Assembly (NCBI GenBank): GCA_965203905.1
Contig: CBDBDQ010000005.1
Span: 1 to 64,000, forward strand
Length of the DNA stretch: 64,000 nt
Reading direction: 5' to 3'
From: Spirochaetia bacterium
GTDB taxonomy: Bacteria > Spirochaetota > Spirochaetia > SZUA-6 > Bin103
The notes beneath the pieces were generated by a model that did not search any database, was not told the DNA's origin, and saw only the letters and a program-made list of their open reading frames with translations. Shown piece by piece: positions 18,763-28,902 of the stretch (position 1 is its first letter; each line of letters begins with the position of its first letter). The position numbers were made by a program, and so were the translations under genes.

Positions 18763-21051
18763 ATGGCATCCACGACCACGTCCGAGGCCGGCGCGATCAT
18801 CGGCCGACCGCATCCGTTGATCGACGGGCGCGAGCGCGTTACCGGCGCGCTGCGCTACACCGCCGACCTGCCGCACAGCGGCGTGCTGCACGCGCGCTTC
18901 GTCACCAGCCCGCACCCGAGCGCCCGCATTGAAGCGATCGACGCGAGTGCGGCCGAGGCGCTGGCGGGCGTGGTGCGGGTGCTCACCGCCGACGACCTGC
19001 CCGAAGTCGAACCTACCAGCCGCACGCGGCTGCTGCTGGCGCGGGAGCGGGTCATGTTCGTGGGCCAGCCGGTGGCGCTGGTGGTGGCGGAGTCGGAAGC
19101 CGCGGCCGCCGACGCCGCGCCCGAGGTGAAGGTCACCTACACCCCGCTTCCGGCGGCCACCGACCTGGAGAGCGCACTCGCCGCGGACGCGCCGCTGGTG
19201 TGGCCGGAGGGGGCGACCGAAGATTCCGAAGAGGCCGCCGCCCACGGCACCGACGTGGCGGTCGACGAGGGTGGCCGGCAGGGCAGCAACCTCGCCGGCC
19301 CCGTCAGTTTCCGGCGCGGCGATCCGGAAGCCGCGTTCGCGGCGGCGCACGCCGTGGTGGAGCGCAGCTACCGCACCTCGATCGTGCACCAGAGCTACAT
19401 TGAGCCGCACGCCACGGTGGTGGACCCGAACCAGCCCGCCGGCGGCGTGACCGTGTGGAGTTGCACCCAGGCACAGTTCGCGGTGCGCAAGGAGGTGGCC
19501 GACCTCCTCGAACTGCCGGAGTCGGACGTGCACGTCAAGCCGATGCCGGTGGGCGGCGGCTTCGGCGGCAAGTTCATGCTCTACGAGCCGCTGGTGGCGC
19601 TGGCGGCGCGCGCGGTGGGGGCCCCGTTGCGGCTGGTACTCACCCGCCAGGAGGAGATGCTCGCCGCCATTCCCGCTCCCGCGGCGCAGATGACCGTCAA
19701 GCTGGCGGCCGACGCCGACGGCACCCTGACCGCGATCGCCGCCGACTACAAGTTTGACGGCGGCTGCTTTCCCAACACGCCGCACTCGGCGGTGGCGCTG
19801 ATGACCGGCAGCCTGTACCAGTGCCCGAACTTCGACATCCACGGCGCGGCAGTGGTCACCAACAAGCCCTCCAGCGGAGCCTACCGGGCGCCGGGCAGCC
19901 CCCAGCTCGCGTTCGCGCTGGAGAGCACCCTGGACGAGCTGGCGCGGGAGCTGGGCATCGATCCCCTGGAGCTGCGGCTGCGCAGCGCATCGCGGCCCGG
20001 CGAGCCGATGGGCAACGATCAGCCGTGGCCCAACATCGGCATGCGCGAAGTGCTGCAGCGGGCTCGCGAGCATCCCATCTGGAGGGACCGGGAGCAGGCG
20101 CAGGCCGCAGGCCGCGGCGTCGGAGTCGCCATCGGCGGCTGGCTGGGCGGCGTCGAAGGCGCCACGGCCGCGTGTGCGCTGGAGCGGGACGGTACGCTGC
20201 ACGTGCTGGTGGGATCGGTCGACCTCACCGGCACCACCACCGGCTTCGCCATGATCGCCGCCGACGCCTTCGGCATCGACCCCGGGCAGGTGCGGGTGAT
20301 CAGCACCGACAGCGACGGCGGCTACCACGCCGGCGCCTCCGGCGGCAGCAAGATCAACTACACCGTGGGCCCGGCGGTGTTCGCCGCGGCGCGCGAGGCG
20401 CGCGAGCAGACGCTGCGCATCGCCGCCACCGAGTTCGAGGCCGACGAGGCGGACCTGGAGATCGTGGAAGGCGTGGTTCGGGTGAAGGGAGCCCCTACGC
20501 CGGCGTTGTCGCTGGCGGAGATCGCCGCCAAGACGATGCAGTTCGGCGCCCGCTACTCGCCGGTGAAGGGCAATGGCCGTCTCGTGCCCGGCGGCCGCTC
20601 GCCGGCGTTCTGCGCCCAGCTCGCGGAGGTGGAGGTGGACGCCGAGACCGGGGCCGTGGAGGTGCACCGGCTCGCCGTGGTGCAGGACGTGGGCAAGGCG
20701 ATCAACCCGCTGACTGCCGGCGGCCAGCTCATGGGCGGCGCCACCCAGGGGCTCGGCTGGGCCCTGTACGAGGCGATCGAGTACGACCGCGAGGGCCAGT
20801 TCCGCACCGGCTCGCTGATGGACTACGCGATCCCCAACATCACCCAGTCCGCGCGCGACCTGGAGGTCGTGATGGTGGAGGTGACCTCCGACCACGGCCC
20901 CTACGGCGCCCGCGGCGTCGGCGAGCCGCCGGTCATCGCCACCGCCGCCGCGGTGGCCAACGCCATCCGCGACGCCGGCTGCGGGCGAGTCACGACGCTG
21001 CCGATGACCCCGCCGCGGGTACTGGACGCAATCGACGCCGCAACGGGATAG
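18763..21051 (+). CDS. Xanthine dehydrogenase-family molybdopterin-binding large subunit
   Basis: VGGGFGGK, AYRAPG and GARGVGEPP motifs. Confidence 0.93.
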   Translation: MASTTTSEAGAIIGRPHPLIDGRERVTGALRYTADLPHSGVLHARFVTSPHPSARIEAIDASAAEALAGVVRVLTADDLPEVEPTSRTRLLLARERVMFVGQPVALVVAESEAAAADAAPEVKVTYTPLPAATDLESALAADAPLVWPEGATEDSEEAAAHGTDVAVDEGGRQGSNLAGPVSFRRGDPEAAFAAAHAVVERSYRTSIVHQSYIEPHATVVDPNQPAGGVTVWSCTQAQFAVRKEVADLLELPESDVHVKPMPVGGGFGGKFMLYEPLVALAARAVGAPLRLVLTRQEEMLAAIPAPAAQMTVKLAADADGTLTAIAADYKFDGGCFPNTPHSAVALMTGSLYQCPNFDIHGAAVVTNKPSSGAYRAPGSPQLAFALESTLDELARELGIDPLELRLRSASRPGEPMGNDQPWPNIGMREVLQRAREHPIWRDREQAQAAGRGVGVAIGGWLGGVEGATAACALERDGTLHVLVGSVDLTGTTTGFAMIAADAFGIDPGQVRVISTDSDGGYHAGASGGSKINYTVGPAVFAAAREAREQTLRIAATEFEADEADLEIVEGVVRVKGAPTPALSLAEIAAKTMQFGARYSPVKGNGRLVPGGRSPAFCAQLAEVEVDAETGAVEVHRLAVVQDVGKAINPLTAGGQLMGGATQGLGWALYEAIEYDREGQFRTGSLMDYAIPNITQSARDLEVVMVEVTSDHGPYGARGVGEPPVIATAAAVANAIRDAGCGRVTTLPMTPPRVLDAIDAATG

Positions 21052-21077
21052 CCGGCGCCCGGAGCCCCAAGCGCCGC

Positions 21078-22181
21078 ATGAAGGTCACCGCCGTCAACGC
21101 GTTCCAGGTGGACCTGCCGCTCCGTGAGGGCAGCTACCGCTGGTCCGGCGGCAAGTCGGTGACGGTGTTCGACGCCACGGTGGTGGAAGTGGTGACCGAC
21201 GCGGGCGTCTCCGGCTGGGGCGAGGTGTGCCCGCTGGGCCCGGTCTACCTGCCGGCGTACGCCGCCGGCTGCCGCACCGGCATCGCCGCGGTGGCACCGG
21301 CCCTGCTGGGGGCCGACCCGCGCCGGATCGCCGCGATCAACAGGTTGATGGACCGCACCCTGGCAGGTCACCCCTACGTGAAGTCGGCCCTGGACATGGC
21401 GTGCTGGGACCTGCTCGGCAAGGCCGGCGGGCTTCCGGTGTGCACCCTGCTCGGCGGCCGCTTCGGCGAGAACATTGCGTTGTACCGGGCGATTTCCCAG
21501 GGTACGCCGGAGGAGATGGCGGACCGCGTCACCCGCTATCGTGCCGAGGGCTACCGCCGCTTTCAGCTCAAGGTAGGCGGTCCGCCCCACGAGGACCTGG
21601 CGCGGCTGCGGGCGGTGGCCGCGCAACTGCAGCCGGACGACGTACTGATCGCGGATGCCAACACCGGCTGGCTCAGCCACCAGGCGCTGCAGGTGGTACA
21701 CGGTGCCCGCGACCTGCCGGTCTACATCGAGCAGCCGTGCGCCAGCTACGACGAGTGCCTGATCGTGCGCCGGGCCACCGGGCTGCCGTTCATCCTCGAC
21801 GAGTCGATCCGCGACCTGCGCGCCCTGCAGCGCGCCGCCGCCGACGGTGCGGTGGACGCGATCAACGTCAAGATCAGCAAGTTCGGCGGGCTCACCCGCG
21901 CGCGCCTGGTCCGCGATGTGTGCGTGGAGCTGGGCATCCCGATGATCGTCGAGGACAGCTGGGGCGGCGACATCATCACCGCGGCCATCGCCCACCTGGC
22001 CCACAGCACGCCCCCGGAGCAGCGCTTCGCCGCCACCGACTTCAACAGCTACGTGACGGTGAGCACGGCGGCCGGAGCACCGCAACGCGAGCACGGCACG
22101 ATGATGGCTCCCGACGCCCCCGGACTGGGCGTCGAGCCGCGCCAGGAGGTCCTCGGCGCACCGGTACTGGAGGTAACGTGA
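21078..22181 (+). CDS. Enolase-superfamily (mandelate racemase-like) enzyme, cis-3-hydroxy-L-proline dehydratase-like
   Basis: GSYRWSGGKSV..GEVCPLGPVYLPAYA, FQLKVG, DAN, EQP, LDE and EDSWGGDI motifs. Confidence 0.75.
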   Translation: MKVTAVNAFQVDLPLREGSYRWSGGKSVTVFDATVVEVVTDAGVSGWGEVCPLGPVYLPAYAAGCRTGIAAVAPALLGADPRRIAAINRLMDRTLAGHPYVKSALDMACWDLLGKAGGLPVCTLLGGRFGENIALYRAISQGTPEEMADRVTRYRAEGYRRFQLKVGGPPHEDLARLRAVAAQLQPDDVLIADANTGWLSHQALQVVHGARDLPVYIEQPCASYDECLIVRRATGLPFILDESIRDLRALQRAAADGAVDAINVKISKFGGLTRARLVRDVCVELGIPMIVEDSWGGDIITAAIAHLAHSTPPEQRFAATDFNSYVTVSTAAGAPQREHGTMMAPDAPGLGVEPRQEVLGAPVLEVT

Positions 22182-22218
22182 TGGAGATGGTTGATCCTTG
22201 GACGCCCGAGGTGACGAC

Positions 22219-23151
22219 GTGAGCCCGCTACGGCCCGCGTGGAGCGGGGTATACCCGGCGGTAATGACCCAGCTCGCCGACGACCTGAGCGTGGATGCCG
22301 CGGCCACCGCCGTGCACCTGGAGCGGCTGCTGCAAGCGGGCTGCCACGGCCTCATCATGCTCGGCACCCTGGGCGAGAACACTTCGCTGAGCCCGGACGA
22401 GAAGGTGCTGGTGCTGGAGACCGCGGTGGCCACGGCGGCCGGCCGCGCGCCGGTGCTGTCCGGCATCTCCGAGTTCACCACCGCCCAGGCCGTAGCCCAT
22501 GCCAAGGCCGCCGCGGCGGTCGGCTGCGCCGGCCTGATGGTGCTGCCGGCCATGGTCTACAAGAGCGATCCGCGCGAGACCCTGACCCACTTCCGCAGCG
22601 TGGCCGCCGCCACCGAGTTGCCGGTCATGATCTACAACAACCCGCCCGCCTACGGCGTCGACGTGACTCCCGAGATGTTCGTCGAGCTGGCGTCGGAGCC
22701 CACCATCGCGGCGATCAAGGAGTCTTCGGAGGATCCGCGCCGGCTGGTGGACATCGCCAACCTGACCGGCGACCGCTACCTGCTGTTCTGCGGCGTCGAC
22801 GACGTGGTGCTGGAGTCGGTGCTGCTCGGCGCCGTGGGCTGGGTGGCCGGTCTGGTCAACGCCTTCCCCGAAGAGGGCGTCGCCCTGTTCGAGCTGGCGG
22901 CGGCGGGCCGCTGGGAGGAGGCGCGCCGCATCGTCGCCTGGTTCATGCCCCTGCTGCACCTCGACACCAGGCCCAAGCTGGTGCAGTACATCAAGCTCAC
23001 CATGCAGCTCACCGGCCTCGGCAGCGAACGCGTACGCCCCCCGCGCCTCCCCCTGATCGGCGAAGAACGCGCCATGGTCGAGCGCCTGGTCCAGGACGCC
23101 ATCGCCACCCGCCCCACCCTACCTGGCTCCCGTCCGGATGCCGTGCAGTGA
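22219..23151 (+). CDS. DapA-like protein, 1-pyrroline-4-hydroxy-2-carboxylate deaminase-like
   Basis: WSGVYPA, LGTLGE, YNNP, AIKESS, GWVAGLVNAFP and KLVQYIKL motifs; adjacent to a hydroxyproline enzyme gene. Confidence 0.75.
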   Translation: MSPLRPAWSGVYPAVMTQLADDLSVDAAATAVHLERLLQAGCHGLIMLGTLGENTSLSPDEKVLVLETAVATAAGRAPVLSGISEFTTAQAVAHAKAAAAVGCAGLMVLPAMVYKSDPRETLTHFRSVAAATELPVMIYNNPPAYGVDVTPEMFVELASEPTIAAIKESSEDPRRLVDIANLTGDRYLLFCGVDDVVLESVLLGAVGWVAGLVNAFPEEGVALFELAAAGRWEEARRIVAWFMPLLHLDTRPKLVQYIKLTMQLTGLGSERVRPPRLPLIGEERAMVERLVQDAIATRPTLPGSRPDAVQ

Positions 23152-23231
23152 CGATGTTTACCTCCGATTACGCGCTTGGCTAATTTTACCTCTATCTATT
23201 AATTTATCTCCCGGCATTCGGAGGGACAAAT

Positions 23232-24446
23232 ATGTGCATGGCTGAGTTCACCAACCCGTTTCGCCCCGGCGCGGGTCATCCACCCCCGTACCTGGCGGGA
23301 CGCCAGGCGGAGCGCGCGGAGTTCCAACGGCTGCTCGGGCAGACCACCATCCTGGAAAACATGGTGCTGACAGGACTTCGTGGCGTAGGCAAGACGGTCC
23401 TCCTCGACTCGTTCAGGCCGCTGGCGATCGAGTGCGGATGGATATGGGTGGGCACCGACCTCTCGGAGTCCACCAGTGTCAGCGAGGACAACATGGCCAT
23501 CCGGCTGTGCACGGACCTGTCGCCAATCACGTCGGGCGTGGTGGTGGAGACCGAGAAGCTACACGACGTGGGCTTCGAAGCCGGTACTCGGGAAGTACAG
23601 CATACGCTCGGTTACGAAGCCCTCATCGACCTCTATCACCGCATCCCCGGCCTGGCGCTGGACAAGATCAAGGGCGTTCTGGAGTTTGCCTGGAGTGCCT
23701 TGTCGAAGGCAGCCCCGATCAAGGGAATCATCTTCGCCTACGACGAAGCGCAGAACCTGTCGGACCAGTCCGCCAAGGAGCAGTACCCGCTGTCGCTGCT
23801 GCTCGACTGCTTTCAGTCTCTGCAAAGGAAAGGTCTTCCGCTGATGCTGGTTCTCACCGGCCTTCCGACTCTGTTCCCGAAGTTAGTGGAGGCCAGGACC
23901 TTCTCCGAGAGAATGTTCCGCATCCTGTTCCTGCAGAGCCTGAACAGACACGAGAGCGAGGACGCGATTCGGCAGCCTGTCGCGGACTCAGACTGTCCAC
24001 TGGAACTCGACGATGACGCCGTCGCGACGATCGTCACCATGTCGGGCGGTTACCCCTACTTCATCCAGTTCATCTGCCGCGAGGTGTTCGACGCTTTCAT
24101 TCAACGGATCGACCACGGCGAACGAGCATCGGTACCTGTCGCCGAGATTGAGCAGAAGCTCGACACCGACTTCTTCGCGGGACGCTGGGCGCGCGCCACC
24201 GATCGGCAACGGGAGCTGCTGTCCGCAATCTCTCAGCTTGAGAACTGCGACGATCAATTCACCGTCCAGGAAGTGGTCGAGGCCTCGAAGCGGGTCCTGG
24301 ACAAACCGTTCAGCAGCAGCCACGTCAATCAGATGCTCGGCGCGCTGGCGTCGCAAGGTCTGGTGTACAAGAACCGGCATGGCAGATACTCATTCGCAGT
24401 ACCGCTGCTGGGCCGATTCATCCGGAGACAGGCGCAAGCACCGTGA
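23232..24446 (+). CDS. AAA+/STAND-like ATP-binding protein with C-terminal winged helix
   Basis: NPFRPGAG..PPYLAGR, Walker A GLRGVGKT, Walker B IIFAYDEAQ, GYPYFIQ and GLVY..HG.YSFAVP motifs. Confidence 0.85.
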   Translation: MCMAEFTNPFRPGAGHPPPYLAGRQAERAEFQRLLGQTTILENMVLTGLRGVGKTVLLDSFRPLAIECGWIWVGTDLSESTSVSEDNMAIRLCTDLSPITSGVVVETEKLHDVGFEAGTREVQHTLGYEALIDLYHRIPGLALDKIKGVLEFAWSALSKAAPIKGIIFAYDEAQNLSDQSAKEQYPLSLLLDCFQSLQRKGLPLMLVLTGLPTLFPKLVEARTFSERMFRILFLQSLNRHESEDAIRQPVADSDCPLELDDDAVATIVTMSGGYPYFIQFICREVFDAFIQRIDHGERASVPVAEIEQKLDTDFFAGRWARATDRQRELLSAISQLENCDDQFTVQEVVEASKRVLDKPFSSSHVNQMLGALASQGLVYKNRHGRYSFAVPLLGRFIRRQAQAP

Positions 24447-25108
24447 GCGATCTGAGCGGCGTGCAGCAGGGAGCCGATCGCGTAAGCACGGGACATCGCA
24501 CGGCGGTAGACCGGCTGGTGGATCACTTGCGTGGCAGTTCCGTTCTGTGGGAGTGCCTGGAACGGCTGGAGGACCTGAGCCTGCCGGATTGTTACCTCGG
24601 CGCCGGATGCGTGGCGCAGACCGTGTGGAACGCCGCCCATGACAAGCCTCCAGGGGCGGACATCAGTGACTACGACATCGTCTACTTCGACGCCGCCGAT
24701 CTGACCGAAGCGGGCGAGAACGCGGTTGCTGCGAGGGTGAAGAACGCGATGGCCGGCCTCCCGGTCGCGGTCGACGTCAAGAACCAGGCGCGGGTGCACC
24801 TGTGGTATCGGCAGCGGTTCGGCTACGACATCGTGCCGTACGCCTCGACCGAAGACGCCATCGAAACCTGGCCGACGACGGCGACCGCGGTCGGCGTGCG
24901 GCTGGCGCACGGCCGTCCCGTAGTGTTCGCGCCCTGCGGTCTCGACGATCTGCTCGGGCTCGTCGTACGGGCGAACCGGGTTCAGATCACACCGCAGATT
25001 TACCGGGGGAAAGTGTCGCGCTGGACTCGACACTGGCCCAGGCTCACGGTGCTTCCGTGGGCCTCGGGACGAGGCATTGAGGGAGCACGCCACAGGCAAG
25101 CCCCCTGA
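24443..25108 (+). CDS. DUF925-type nucleotidyltransferase family protein
   Basis: AGCVAQTVWN, DYDIVYFD, VDVKNQARVHLWY and APCGLDDL motifs. Confidence 0.8.
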   Translation: MSDLSGVQQGADRVSTGHRTAVDRLVDHLRGSSVLWECLERLEDLSLPDCYLGAGCVAQTVWNAAHDKPPGADISDYDIVYFDAADLTEAGENAVAARVKNAMAGLPVAVDVKNQARVHLWYRQRFGYDIVPYASTEDAIETWPTTATAVGVRLAHGRPVVFAPCGLDDLLGLVVRANRVQITPQIYRGKVSRWTRHWPRLTVLPWASGRGIEGARHRQAP

Positions 25109-25120
25109 TCGGCTCCCTTG

Positions 25121-26311
25121 TCAGCCGTCAGTGCGTGCCGCGGCGGCCGCGGCGACGGCGAACTCGGCCTTGAGGTCGTCCAGGTCTTCGAGGCCGACGG
25201 AGATGCGCACCATGCCGTCGTCGATACCGAGCGCGGCGCGTTCCGCAGGGGTCAGGTCCAGGTGGGAGGTATGGCGCGGCTGCGACACCAGGGTCTCCAC
25301 GCCGCCCAGCGAGGGCGCCACCGCGGCCAGCTTCAGCGCGGCGCAGAAGCGGTCGGCCGCCGGGCCGCCGCCGTCGAGGACGATCGCCAGCATGCCGCCG
25401 TAGCCGTCCAGGAGGCGGGCGGCGCAGGCGTGGTCGGGGTGGCTCGGCAGGCCGGGATAGATCACCTGCCGCACGCCGGGCACGCCCGCGAACCACTCGG
25501 CGAGAGCCTGCGCCGACCGGTTGTGCCGCTCCATCCTGACCGGCAGGGTGCGGATGCCGCGCTCCAGCAGCCAGGCGGTCTCGGGATCGATCGAGGCGCC
25601 GTACAGCTTCATCATGCGGGCCACGGCGTCGATCAAACCGCGGCTGCCGGCCACCACCCCGGCGATCAGGTCGGAGTGGCCGCCCAGGTATTTGGTGGCC
25701 GAGTGGATCACCGCGTCCACGCCGTGCTCGGCGGCACGCAGGTTGATTGGCGTCGCGAAGGTCACGTCCGCGGCCAGGATCGCGCCCGCCTCATCCGCCG
25801 CCCGCCGCGCCGGCTCGATGGCGAACACCTTCAGGGTCGGATTGGTGGGCAGCTCGATCAGCACCACCCTGGTGCGCGGCCGTAGCGCGGCGCGCCACGC
25901 CGCCGCATCGGCAGGCTCCACGAAGGTGGTGTCGATGCCGCGCCGAGGCAGCTCCTCGGTGAGCAGCACGCCGGTAGCGCCGTACAGGTGGCGGCTGGCA
26001 ACGATGTGGTCGCCCGCTTCGGCGACCGCCAGCAGGGTCATCGCCGTCGCCGCCATGCCGCTGGCCAGCGCCAGCGCCGCCTCGGTCCCCTCCAGGGCCG
26101 CGATCTTCGCCGCCACCGACTCCTGGTTGGGGTTGTTGCCGTAGCGGCTGTAGCGCAACGGCGCGCCGCCGGCGGCCGGCGGTGCGTGGAACGTGGAGCT
26201 GCGCACGACCGGCGCGACCACCGGTTGCCCCGGCCGGGCCGCAGGCTCGCCGGCGTGGATCGCGCTGGTCGCCGGCCGCTGCGCGCCGCTCGTCTCTGCA
26301 TCAGGTTTCAT
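25121..26311 (-). CDS. PLP-dependent trans-sulfuration enzyme (cystathionine gamma-synthase/lyase family)
   Basis: YSRYGNNP, ASGMAA, HSATKYLGGHSD and SLGGVETL motifs. Confidence 0.9.
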   Translation of the reverse strand: MKPDAETSGAQRPATSAIHAGEPAARPGQPVVAPVVRSSTFHAPPAAGGAPLRYSRYGNNPNQESVAAKIAALEGTEAALALASGMAATAMTLLAVAEAGDHIVASRHLYGATGVLLTEELPRRGIDTTFVEPADAAAWRAALRPRTRVVLIELPTNPTLKVFAIEPARRAADEAGAILAADVTFATPINLRAAEHGVDAVIHSATKYLGGHSDLIAGVVAGSRGLIDAVARMMKLYGASIDPETAWLLERGIRTLPVRMERHNRSAQALAEWFAGVPGVRQVIYPGLPSHPDHACAARLLDGYGGMLAIVLDGGGPAADRFCAALKLAAVAPSLGGVETLVSQPRHTSHLDLTPAERAALGIDDGMVRISVGLEDLDDLKAEFAVAAAAAARTDG

Positions 26312-26504
26312 CCGCCCCTCCCTAGTCCGCGAACCTGTCCAGCAGGCGAACCAGTCTGCATCGGTTTCATGGTCTCTGGCGCCACGGGGTGGCCCTGCGT
26401 ACTATCCCGATAGTACCGGCCCGGCGGCGCGGTTTGACAGAGCGGCGCGGTCGTTGCCACCATCGCGCAGGCGCGCCGGAGGCGACGCTCTCCGGCAACC
26501 GTCC

Positions 26505-27500
26505 ATGGCAACCTACATCCTCAGGCGCCTCGCCTACATGGTCCTCCTGCTCATCGCCCTGTCGGTGGTGGTGTTCATCGTGATCCAGCTCCCGCCGGGA
26601 GACATGTTGACGGTGATGCTGGCGCGCATGGAGGCGGGCGGCGCCGATGCCAGCTTCGGCGGCGAGGAGATCACCGCCATGCAGGAACAGTACGGCCTGC
26701 ACCTGCCGGCTCACCTGCAATACCTGCGCTGGGCGGGCAACCTGCTGCGCGGCAACCTCGGGCCATCGTTCGTATACGGCCGGCCGGTGACCGTGCTGCT
26801 GCTGGAGCGGCTGCCGCTCACCGTGCTGCTCTCCGGCATCACTCTGCTGTTCGCGTACGTGGTGGCGATCCCGATCGGCATCTATTCCGCCACCCATCAG
26901 TACTCGTTCGGCGATTACGGGTTCACGGTGATAGGTTTCGTCGGCCTGGCGATCCCCAACTTCCTGCTCGCCCTGATCCTGATGTACCTGCTCCTGACCC
27001 TGTTCGGGGTCAGCCCGGGGGGCCTGTTCTCCGCCGAGTTCGAGCACGCTCCGTGGAGCTTCGCCAAGCTGCTCGACGGGCTGGCGCATCTGCCGCTGCC
27101 GATCATCGTGATCGGCATGGCCGGCACCGCGGCGATCATCCGCGTGATGCGCGGGACCCTGCTCGACGAGCTGCGCAAGCAGTACGTGATCACCGCCCGC
27201 GCCAAGGGCGTGGCCGAAGCAACGCTCACCTTCAAGTATCCGGTACGCGTTGCCTTGAACCCGATCATCAGCACCGTCGGCTGGCTGTTGCCGGAAATCG
27301 TCTCCGGCAGCACCATCGTCGCCATCGTGCTCAGCCTGCCCACGGTGGCGCCGCTGCTGTTCGCGGCGCTCGTCCAGGAGGACATGTTCCTGGCCGGCAG
27401 CACGCTGATGGTGCTGGCCGCGCTGACCATCATCGGGACGCTGATCTCCGACCTGCTGCTGGTGATCACCGATCCGCGCATCCGCTTCGAACGCGTGTGA
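26505..27500 (+). CDS. Peptide/nickel-type ABC permease (OppB-like)
   Basis: YILRRL, IQLPPGD and ITARAKG motifs. Confidence 0.92.
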   Translation: MATYILRRLAYMVLLLIALSVVVFIVIQLPPGDMLTVMLARMEAGGADASFGGEEITAMQEQYGLHLPAHLQYLRWAGNLLRGNLGPSFVYGRPVTVLLLERLPLTVLLSGITLLFAYVVAIPIGIYSATHQYSFGDYGFTVIGFVGLAIPNFLLALILMYLLLTLFGVSPGGLFSAEFEHAPWSFAKLLDGLAHLPLPIIVIGMAGTAAIIRVMRGTLLDELRKQYVITARAKGVAEATLTFKYPVRVALNPIISTVGWLLPEIVSGSTIVAIVLSLPTVAPLLFAALVQEDMFLAGSTLMVLAALTIIGTLISDLLLVITDPRIRFERV

Positions 27501-27507
27501 GCCGCGC

Positions 27508-28629
27508 ATGAGCACGATCACGGTGACACGCCCCGAGAGCGCCGCGGAGGAGCGCTACTACCTCGCCACCCAGTGGCAGCTCATCCGGCGCCGGTTCGCG
27601 GCCCACCGCCTCGCCCTGCTCGGCACCGCCGTGCTGATCGTCCTCTACGCTGGCGCACTGTTCGCGGAGTTCCTCGCCCCCTACGACGCCTTCCGCCGTT
27701 TCCCCGACTACCAGTTGGCGGCTCCGCAGCGAGTACGCGTCATCCACGACGGCAGACCGGTCCTGCCATTCGTCTACGGCCTGCACCGGGAACGCCATCC
27801 GGAAACCCTGCGCTGGCAATTCGCCATCGACCGCGACACCCGCTACCCGATCGCGCTGTTCGTGCGCGGCGACTCGTACCGGCTGTTCGGCCTGTTCGAA
27901 GGCGACATCCACCTGTTCGGCGTGCGCCAGGAGGCGGGCTTCCTGTTCCTGTTCGGGACCGACAACCTGGGCCGCGACCTGTTCTCCCGCAACGTGTACG
28001 CGGCGCGCATCTCGCTGAGCATCGGGCTGGTCGGCGTGGCGATGAGCTTCGTGCTCGGCTGCCTGCTCGGCGGCATCTCCGGCTACTACGGCGGCGCGCT
28101 GGACACCTTCATTCAGCGGCTGATCGAGTTCCTGATCTCGATCCCCTCGATCCCGCTGTGGATGGCGCTGGCAGCGGCGCTCCCCAACGACTGGCCGCCG
28201 CTGCGGATCTACTTCGGCATCACCGTGATCCTGTCGGTGGTGGGATGGACCGGGCTGGCGCGCGTGGTGCGCGGCAAGCTGCTGGAGCTGCGCGAGGCAG
28301 ACTTCGTGATGGCCGCGCGCATCGCCGGCGCCGTCGAGCGGAGCATCATCGCACGCCACCTGCTGCCCTCGTTCATGAGCTACCTGATCGTCAGCCTCAC
28401 GCTGAGCATCCCCGGCATGATCCTGGCCGAGACCGCGCTCAGCTTCCTGGGCGTCGGCATCCAGCCTCCGGCCATCAGTTGGGGCGCGCTGTTGAAGGAC
28501 GCCCAGAACGTGCGTACCGTGGCCCTGGCGCCATGGCTGTTCATCCCCGGCGTGTTCATCGTCATCACCGTGCTGTCCTTCAACTTCGTCGGCGACGGCC
28601 TGCGCGACGCCGCCGACCCCTACCGCTAG
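27508..28629 (+). CDS. Peptide/nickel-type ABC permease (OppC-like)
   Basis: FGTDNLGRDLFSR, ETALSFLG and GDGLRDAADP motifs. Confidence 0.92.
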   Translation: MSTITVTRPESAAEERYYLATQWQLIRRRFAAHRLALLGTAVLIVLYAGALFAEFLAPYDAFRRFPDYQLAAPQRVRVIHDGRPVLPFVYGLHRERHPETLRWQFAIDRDTRYPIALFVRGDSYRLFGLFEGDIHLFGVRQEAGFLFLFGTDNLGRDLFSRNVYAARISLSIGLVGVAMSFVLGCLLGGISGYYGGALDTFIQRLIEFLISIPSIPLWMALAAALPNDWPPLRIYFGITVILSVVGWTGLARVVRGKLLELREADFVMAARIAGAVERSIIARHLLPSFMSYLIVSLTLSIPGMILAETALSFLGVGIQPPAISWGALLKDAQNVRTVALAPWLFIPGVFIVITVLSFNFVGDGLRDAADPYR

Positions 28630-28640
28630 CCTAACGGCCA

Positions 28641-28718
28641 ATCGCCCACGAGACCGGCAGCCGTGGGCGATAGAGGTAACGTCCTATCGCCCATCAAATA
28701 GCTATATCACGGGCGATA
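28641..28718. promoter_or_regulatory. Four alternating ATCGCCC/GGGCGAT motifs upstream of the Fic gene (candidate operator)
   Basis: Copies at 28641, 28665, 28686 and 28711; TGGGCGATAG / CTATCGCCCA is a perfect 10-bp inverted repeat. Confidence 0.55.
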
Positions 28719-28902
28719 CGGTAGGGTGCATTGCTCATGGCGTGGATCTGGCAGCAGCCGGGGTGGCCTTGCTTCTCCTGGGATGAGCGACGACTGGAGT
28801 CGCTGGAGGCTCGGTTCCTTCACGAATCCGGGAGACGGGTCGGTGCCTGGCGCCACCTGCCCGACCGCGATCGGACCGACCTGCGGATCGTAAGTATTCG
28901 GT

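Noticed and set aside
18763-21051. Aerobic CO dehydrogenase (coxL)
   Set aside because: The active-site loop is AYRAPG, not AYxCSFR (form I) or AYRGAGR (form II).
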